Below, piece by piece: positions 58,517-64,000 of a stretch of DNA of 64,000 bases; positions within the stretch are counted from its first letter, which is position 1; each line of letters begins with the position of its first letter. The translations under genes and the position numbers were made by a program. The DNA is from a virus: IMG/VR virus record IMGVR_UViG_3300002143_000079, positions 1-64,000 of that record. One strand, 5' to 3'. The notes beneath the pieces were generated by a model that was not told the DNA's origin, made no database searches, and saw only the letters and a list, made by a program, of their open reading frames with translations.

Positions 58517-58780
58517 CTATTCTTCTACAATCGCAATGACGGACTTGAGCGCGTAGGTCAGACCACCTTCACTGCTCTCGATGCTGATTACATTTTTCCG
58601 TTGACCGTCAATCGTGATGACGAAGTTGATGGTGTCCGTGGTGGTAACCGACCATGTGATTGAACCACCGCAAATAAAGCCGGAGTAGCTTCCGTTCTTG
58701 GACTTCTTAACTTCGCTGATGTAGTTCGACAGCGATTGCTTAATACGTGCGTTGACTTCGGTATTTGGTTCTTTGTTCAT
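58517..58780 (-). CDS. Early hypothetical protein
   Basis: Own promoter; stop 3 nt before the hammerhead. Confidence 0.6.
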   Translation of the reverse strand: MNKEPNTEVNARIKQSLSNYISEVKKSKNGSYSGFICGGSITWSVTTTDTINFVITIDGQRKNVISIESSEGGLTYALKSVIAIVEE

Positions 58781-58813
58781 TGTGAAAAAAGACTACACCA
58801 AAACGATAAAATG

Positions 58814-59041
58814 TCAACTTACTTTCTCTAGTTTTTTCAAACTATTTTCCGCCTGTTGCATGGCCCAATCCAACTTCTCCCTTGGCACTTCATTTATATC
58901 CATAGCCACGGTATCTTCCACACTCCGTTTACCATTTTTACGACCATACATCATACGAAAGACAAACTGCCAACCCTCTGGCATCTTAACCAGATTCGTT
59001 CTAAGATACTCTCGTGCAGTTTCTTCCAAGATATGATTCAT
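58814..59041 (-). CDS. Early hypothetical protein
   Basis: Leaderless promoter; KLDWAMQQ. Confidence 0.65.
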   Translation of the reverse strand: MNHILEETAREYLRTNLVKMPEGWQFVFRMMYGRKNGKRSVEDTVAMDINEVPREKLDWAMQQAENSLKKLEKVS

Positions 59042-59070
59042 AAAACAAGATTATCAGAAAACATCAAACA

Positions 59071-59724
59071 GTCAATAATATTACCGGTGACCGTTATGTT
59101 GGTCAGACCAATCAACGAGTTGAAAAGAGATGGCAAGTTCATAAACGATGTAAACGAAATGCTCCCTTATACAATGCATTCCGAAAATATGGCCTTGACA
59201 ATTTTACATTCTCTATACTAGAAACAACGGATAACGATTTGTTACTTGATGAGTTGGAAATCAAACATATAGCCAATCAACGTTCTTTTAGAGATTGGAA
59301 TGAAGGTGGTTACAATCTCACAACCGGAGGATATGCCAATCGTGTAGTCAGTGCTGTTACACGACAAAAATTAAGAGAATCAACACGGCAATCATATCAA
59401 AATAATTCCAATAGAGGATTTCGTGTGGGAAATATTCCTTGGAACAAAGGATTGACTGGTTTAACTAAAGCCACACAAGTTGCGTGGAATAAGGGATTAA
59501 AAAATTGTCAAACCGCTTGGAATAAAGGTAAAACCTCGACTCAACAATATAACTTCTCAAATATCAAAACTCAAGAAGAATTTTGTGGCACTAAGAATGA
59601 ATTTGAATTGAAATTCAACGTGTCTAAATCAACTGTCAAACGAATATGTCAATCCAAACATTCTACTTGGATAGGAAAAAAAGTCCAGTGTCTTGACCCC
59701 GTTACACTGGAAAACGGACAATGA
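59071..59724 (+). pseudogene. 5'-truncated GIY-YIG homing endonuclease with NUMOD3-type (WNKG) repeats
   Basis: Open frame reads NNITGDRYVGQT...RW..H...LYNAFRKYG.DNF...GYNLT.GG but has no start codon or GIY motif. Confidence 0.75.
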
Positions 59725-59937
59725 TTAAGCACTCAGGGAGAGTGGTATAGGTCCAAATTGTATTTTGTTCGGTTACAAAAGGTGTTATAAAGCACCAAAA
59801 AACCACAACATTTAAGGGATAGTTGCCACCTGTCAAGTTTTTATTTAATGGACACTTCACTAACCCTGTTCTCCGCCGAGAAAAATCGTGAGGGTTTCAG
59901 GTTAACCCACAACCTTTAGTACGACTACCAAGAGAAA

Positions 59938-60147
59938 TTACATTGATTGATACGTTTCCGACTGTTGCCACATAGCATACCACTCTTCATGAGCTTCTGT
60001 CAACTCCGAAAGAGGAACGCCCTTGTGATAAATCTTCCCGTTGAAGATACCACCGATGTTTGCGGTCTTCTTGAACAAGGTAGTCACCCGTTGGTAACCA
60101 TCCTTGTATTTGACCACTGAACCTTTGACGATTGGGTTGTTATTCAT
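59938..60147 (-). CDS. Early hypothetical protein
   Basis: Own promoter; WQQSETYQSM. Confidence 0.65.
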   Translation of the reverse strand: MNNNPIVKGSVVKYKDGYQRVTTLFKKTANIGGIFNGKIYHKGVPLSELTEAHEEWYAMWQQSETYQSM

Positions 60148-60188
60148 TGTGGTAAGAGATTACTTGATTATTATCGAAACGTCAAGCC

Positions 60189-60470
60189 TTAGTTGGCTTC
60201 ATCTTCACTGTCTTCATTCTCATCTTCCACCACCGAATCTTGAGCCAATTCCACAACTGCGTCCAAGGGAGTGATTGCGGAAAAGGTTGTCACCCACTCA
60301 CAATCACGTTCAAGTCCCGGTTCCAAGTGAGCCAACGTCTTATACCGAAACATTTCATATTCCCGTGGCGTCATAGCACCACGGCAGATGTCCTTGAATT
60401 CGTTGAGTATCTCCATCATTTCATTGTGGAGTTCATTCAAACGGTTTGCGTCGTCCATGTTGATATTCAT
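60189..60470 (-). CDS. Acidic early hypothetical protein
   Basis: Own promoter. Confidence 0.65.
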   Translation of the reverse strand: MNINMDDANRLNELHNEMMEILNEFKDICRGAMTPREYEMFRYKTLAHLEPGLERDCEWVTTFSAITPLDAVVELAQDSVVEDENEDSEDEAN

Positions 60471-60515
60471 TGTGAAAATAGACTACCAAAAGTTGATAAA
60501 AAGTCAAGGGATTTG

Positions 60516-60752
60516 CCGAGATTTGCTGGGGTTTTCTCCCCATCATTTCATTACCACCCACCTCGGACTTCGGTGAATGGCCTCATCCTGTTCGGCCGTG
60601 CCCCCATTCCCTAGTAGAGTGGGCGGGGCTTCCGTTTAGTTCGGCCCGTCTCGTTCGGCTTCATAAACCCGGTTAGGGTAAAGAGTTACACCAAACTTTG
60701 CCGTGATGATTCGTTTCACACGAACGTTGATGTACTTAGGTAGGTCTTTCAT
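60516..60752 (-). ncRNA. Structured RNA element, copy 2, with a 38-aa leader ORF ending RDGPN* (60752-60636)
   Basis: Covaries with copy 1; dedicated promoter at 60788. Confidence 0.8.
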
Positions 60753-60795
60753 ATGGGAACATGTTATCAAAGATATTCAGGTTGTCAACAGGTTT

Positions 60796-60948
60796 TTATA
60801 CATCTTCTGCACAACCATGATGTCCACAGCAGGGACGAGGCTCACTATGTGGATTCATGTCCTTGTCAAAAGAACACTCACCATCGGTGCAAACGCCACA
60901 GATATGACAGCCCGGTTCATCGTCATCGGTGAATGATTTCTCAGGCAT
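60796..60948 (-). CDS. 50-aa stand-alone Cys/His-rich domain (paralog C), not in the ORF track
   Basis: CHICGVCTDGECSFDKDMNPHSEPRPCCGHHGCAEDV. Confidence 0.7.
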   Translation of the reverse strand: MPEKSFTDDDEPGCHICGVCTDGECSFDKDMNPHSEPRPCCGHHGCAEDV

Positions 60949-60960
60949 ATGTTTGAAAGG

Positions 60961-61155
60961 TTAGGCCGCAACAATCTCGCAGCCATACACAGACGGAAAG
61001 AATGCGCCATGCTCTGTGTAGATTCGTCCGGTGCTGGCGGAATGTTTTGGAGCGGCAAAGTCAGTCACCTTGCTATTGTCACCACGAAAATCTGTCACCG
61101 TGTCACCGATTTGAACTTCTTGCTTGGTCTTGAAGTTGATGAGCTTGTGTTTCAT
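60961..61155 (-). CDS. Early hypothetical protein
   Basis: GD.VTDFRG...P.H..STGRIY; own promoter. Confidence 0.65.
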   Translation of the reverse strand: MKHKLINFKTKQEVQIGDTVTDFRGDNSKVTDFAAPKHSASTGRIYTEHGAFFPSVYGCEIVAA

Positions 61156-61199
61156 ATGTAATGACTATACTTGATTTGTTTGGAATGTCAACGATTATT

Positions 61200-61403
61200 T
61201 TACAGTCGTTCAAATCCCGGCTTGAAGCATTTGCTGAAACATACTCGGCACATGAACACCGGCATCTTATGTTCTTTGCAGACGCCACAAGATTGATGAG
61301 CAAGTTGACCAGCATCAGGGCAGTTGCACCGCTCCAAGTCATCCTGTTCAGGCGCACGACCCGTTGCCGTTGTAAAATCTTCAATTGTCCAAGTAGCTTC
61401 CAT
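61200..61403 (-). CDS. Early Cys-rich protein
   Basis: DDLERCNC..AG...H..CG.C..H..P.F.C; own promoter. Confidence 0.65.
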   Translation of the reverse strand: MEATWTIEDFTTATGRAPEQDDLERCNCPDAGQLAHQSCGVCKEHKMPVFMCRVCFSKCFKPGFERL

Positions 61404-61409
61404 ATGCGA

Positions 61410-61685
61410 TTACTTTATCAGATTTTTATTGGTTGTCAATCCACTTCTTGCAGATATATCACCAAACTTTTTCTGGAAACCTTCAAAAATCAAATCACTT
61501 TCCTTTTCCCAATCGTTATCTGCTTTCAATCTATTGTAGATATACTTAGGATTAGAATAATCGGCATGAGCGATATTACGAGCGTGGTTATGACGTTGCC
61601 AACAAGCTGTTTGCGCTTCACCATGCATTTTTTTCAAATCACTTGGCCATCCAGCAATTTGTTTTGATTCTGAAACTGTTTTCAT
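61410..61685 (-). CDS. Early hypothetical protein
   Basis: ORF with -10-like box upstream. Confidence 0.5.
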   Translation of the reverse strand: MKTVSESKQIAGWPSDLKKMHGEAQTACWQRHNHARNIAHADYSNPKYIYNRLKADNDWEKESDLIFEGFQKKFGDISARSGLTTNKNLIK

Positions 61686-61780
61686 TGGATATAAATTACC
61701 AGAGATATTATATCAAAAAAATCATCTAATCACATGAAAATTATCACTTGACGAGATGATTCGTGCCACATCACATGGTT

Positions 61781-61918
61781 TTAGAATCCACCAAGGAATG
61801 TCAAGACCCATCTTGCATTACCGTCCTGCTTGACCTCAAAGGTCGCCGTTGAACCAGTGAAATCAATGAGGAACTTTGCCAGTTCGTTCAGGTCGTTGAA
61901 GTAGATTTTTCCGTTCAT
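61781..61918 (-). CDS. 45-aa early protein (MNGKIYFNDL...GGF), not in the ORF track
   Basis: TTGACA-N16-TATATT-6nt-ATG. Confidence 0.6.
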   Translation of the reverse strand: MNGKIYFNDLNELAKFLIDFTGSTATFEVKQDGNARWVLTFLGGF

Positions 61919-62053
61919 TGTGATAATATAGTAGAAATATCTAATTTGTCAACATTTGTTTATAGAAAGTAAAAATAATTGCATAGTAGCTACTGGTTAC
62001 GGCTCTTTTTCGCTATTCTCCACGGCTTAAATTGTGGACGCTATGCAAATTGG

Positions 62054-62284
62054 TTACTGGAGTGCTTGTATTGCACGTTGGAATGTCGTCCAACGGTTTC
62101 CGGGCAATCCACTCTTGTTCTGGAGGTCACGAACGGTGGAGTTCTCGTAACGGTCCATGAAAACCCCAAAGGTGATTTCCTCATCCCAAGAGGATTGGAG
62201 GTTTTTACGATTCCAACCATCGGGGTCAATAACTTCAACACCAAGAACCGCACACCAGACAGTAGAAGTCAGTTTGATTTTCAT
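62054..62284 (-). CDS. Early hypothetical protein
   Basis: IDPDGWNR...W.E.IT..F..R; own promoter. Confidence 0.65.
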   Translation of the reverse strand: MKIKLTSTVWCAVLGVEVIDPDGWNRKNLQSSWDEEITFGVFMDRYENSTVRDLQNKSGLPGNRWTTFQRAIQALQ

Positions 62285-62315
62285 ACTTAATAGACTACTA
62301 TTGTTTTATAAAATG

Positions 62316-62567
62316 TCAACCCACAATCGTCGAGTGAACAAAGATTTGTTCCAATTTCTTCATGGCTTTCTTTTTGTCATACTCATGACCGATGAAATGA
62401 CACGTATCACCAATCCCCGTATAGATTCTCCATGCGTTTTTGTCAGTCGAAGAATCATTTGGTTTGGTTATGAATCCACTTTCATCACCAAAGATACTGA
62501 TAACAAACAGGTTTGGAATGCTGCTAGTTTTGTTGGTGACTCGTTTCCAAGTAATCATTGGTTTCAT
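62316..62567 (-). CDS. Early hypothetical protein
   Basis: Own leaderless promoter. Confidence 0.6.
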   Translation of the reverse strand: MKPMITWKRVTNKTSSIPNLFVISIFGDESGFITKPNDSSTDKNAWRIYTGIGDTCHFIGHEYDKKKAMKKLEQIFVHSTIVG

Positions 62568-62598
62568 TGGAAATAGATTACTGGATATTTATAAAAAG

Positions 62599-62775
62599 TC
62601 AACGACTTTCGTACGTGTGGAGAAAAATAATGGTCCATGCAATCATGAGCACCACTATCAATCCAAAATTGGCAAGACTAAACTTCTTGGTATCGAAGTC
62701 ATAGATTGGATACCCAAACATTGAAGCAAGGGCACCAATGACGAATGCGCCGATAAGAAAGGCTTGGTGTGTCAT
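62599..62775 (-). CDS. 58-aa two-TM early membrane protein, not in the ORF track
   Basis: MTHQAFLIGAFVIGALASMFG...FGLIVVLMIAWTIIF; own promoter. Confidence 0.6.
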   Translation of the reverse strand: MTHQAFLIGAFVIGALASMFGYPIYDFDTKKFSLANFGLIVVLMIAWTIIFLHTYESR

Positions 62776-62814
62776 GGGTTTTAGAGTATGTCAGTTATTA
62801 TCGAATGTCAACAA

Positions 62815-63018
62815 TTAATTCTTTTCTTCCAAGATGGCTTCAAGTGTGCGTGCGAAATACACTTCCCCGGTTTCGATGCCCGCATAGTAGGCATCGTCAA
62901 TGTTACCACCCGCCGCATCATCGGGTAGAAAATCCTCACGGTCTGGACCAACCTTTTTTGCAGCGGTTTCGGTGATGAGGGCGACAATCTTCGCCAACTT
63001 TTCGTTTGAAATAAGCAT
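62815..63018 (-). CDS. Early hypothetical protein
   Basis: GGNIDDAYYAG...GE...AR. Confidence 0.65.
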   Translation of the reverse strand: MLISNEKLAKIVALITETAAKKVGPDREDFLPDDAAGGNIDDAYYAGIETGEVYFARTLEAILEEKN

Positions 63019-63023
63019 AAATT

Positions 63024-63611
63024 TTAACGGTTAACCAACGAGTAAACCACACTCGGCTTACCCCGACCCGAATCAGTCTTGACTCGAGCAACTTCGACGA
63101 GCACACCACCCTCCATTTCCTTTTTGATATGGTTGTAGATGAGTGCGGGATTCCAACCAACACTGTTCACCAAGGCCAAGTCTTTCATGGTGAATCGCTC
63201 GGTAGCAGGATAGACCAACTCAGGCCTTTCATTACGAGCCCGACCAACCAGACGGGGTGCAACTTCCGTTTCATCACCATCATCGCTTGTATCCACCGTG
63301 GCGACTTTGCCTTCAACCAATTCCTGATACTTCACCATTGCGGCACCCAATCGGAGGAAACTCCATGCAGTGCGACCAAACTTCTCATTCGAGGGATACT
63401 GTTCGGTATCGTCCTCCAAGGTCTGCTTGAAGATTTGATGACCCTTCTTTAAGAGTTTGATACGAAACACTTCGTGATCCTTCAAGGTGCCATCCTCACG
63501 ATGACGAGCATAGAGAGCCACCGTCTCGGTGCGAGTAACCTGTTTGTAGGTCAGAGGATTGGCACTGTAACCACCAGCACCACTAACGAATTCCGTTTCA
63601 AGTGAAATCAT
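63024..63611 (-). CDS. Early protein, possible C-terminal winged-helix
   Basis: Own promoter; GRGKPSVVY wing-like motif. Confidence 0.6.
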   Translation of the reverse strand: MISLETEFVSGAGGYSANPLTYKQVTRTETVALYARHREDGTLKDHEVFRIKLLKKGHQIFKQTLEDDTEQYPSNEKFGRTAWSFLRLGAAMVKYQELVEGKVATVDTSDDGDETEVAPRLVGRARNERPELVYPATERFTMKDLALVNSVGWNPALIYNHIKKEMEGGVLVEVARVKTDSGRGKPSVVYSLVNR

Positions 63612-63653
63612 GTGAGTAGATTACCAGTGGTTTATAAAAAGTCAATAGACCAT

Positions 63654-63941
63654 TTACTTTTTGTTCAACTTTTTATGAGCCGCAACCAGTGCCTTGAGAA
63701 CGGTGATAGGAAACGTCTGACAACCAACTTTGACGGTATCCTTGGAAACAATCGCGGTGTATGAATCATTCAAGACCACTTCCACCGAATCACCATTTTT
63801 CAAATAATCCTTGAGATTGGAGACTTCAGCGAGGCTGAATTCCTTTCTATCTTGCAATGTGCGCCTACCGGAGATAACATTGACGTCAAAAATGACGTAA
63901 GGATATGCCGAAACTCCATTTCCCTCCATGGTTTCAGTCAA
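63654..63941 (-). CDS. Hypothetical protein, probably 5'-partial at the window edge
   Basis: LNDSYTA.V....VKVGCQTF. Confidence 0.55.
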   Translation of the reverse strand: MTETMEGNGVSAYPYVIFDVNVISGRRTLQDRKEFSLAEVSNLKDYLKNGDSVEVVLNDSYTAIVSKDTVKVGCQTFPITVLKALVAAHKKLNKK

Positions 63942-64000
63942 TGCCTTTGGGCCAATGGGGATACCAGTTAGATTGGAAAGGATGGTGAGTGCAGCCAGTT

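Larger units (their letters stand above)
52785..63645 (-). promoter_or_regulatory. Array of about 28 sigma70-type early promoters (TTGAC[TA]-N16/17-TAnnnT)
   Basis: -35 boxes (gtcaa on +) end at 52812, 52936, 53219, 53429, 53687, 54065, 54627, 55235, 55625, 56016, 56260, 56452, 56913, 57094, 57662, 58134, 58817, 59075, 60185, 60507, 60788, 61191, 61439, 61952, 62319, 62602, 62811, 63645. Confidence 0.9.

Noticed and set aside
59683-59750. Group I intron or IS end around the truncated GIY-YIG gene
   Set aside because: Only isolated hairpins (TCCAGTGT/ACACTGGA); no P7 core or interrupted host gene is evident
3683-63452. Numerous plus-strand ORFs nested in minus-strand genes
   Set aside because: Antisense shadows of real genes with no motifs or promoters
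52785-63645. Recurrent TTTATARAAAGTCAA motif as a CRISPR array or integron attC sites
   Set aside because: Spacing is irregular and gene-sized, the motif is not palindromic, and it resolves as -35/-10 promoters; no cas or integrase gene is in the window
1-64000. Alternative genetic code (stop reassignment)
   Set aside because: Conserved genes are full length in the standard code; the terminase break is explained by the split intein
1-64000. tRNA genes
   Set aside because: No cloverleaf found by eye apart from the tmRNA tRNA-like domain; a tRNAscan run would be needed to exclude them

Overview
A 64-kb segment of a large, AT-rich, T4-like myovirus genome, with almost all genes on the minus strand. 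1-52.2 kb holds the head, packaging and baseplate genes: gp23 capsid, scaffold, gp21 protease, gp20 portal, gp6, gp25 and a gp5-like hub. The gp17 terminase is fractured by an atypically split intein with a free-standing endonuclease between the halves. The same arm carries an Mre11-Rad50 fusion, primase, a RuvC-like resolvase, a gp55-like sigma factor, GMP reductase, a macrodomain protein, PhoH, an HD hydrolase, several homing endonucleases, an outer-membrane beta-barrel gene and a complete tmRNA. 52.2-52.6 kb is a non-coding repeat/G-run junction. 52.6-64 kb is an array of about 28 small cassettes, each with its own TTGAC-N16/17-TAnnnT promoter and mostly leaderless mRNAs. Structured RNAs are interleaved among them: a canonical type II hammerhead ribozyme and, most notably, two diverged copies of an element I do not recognise. 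That element is a short ORF ending RDGPN-stop (conserved by synonymous changes) followed by a covarying, pseudoknotted RNA. All calls are by eye; no searches were run.
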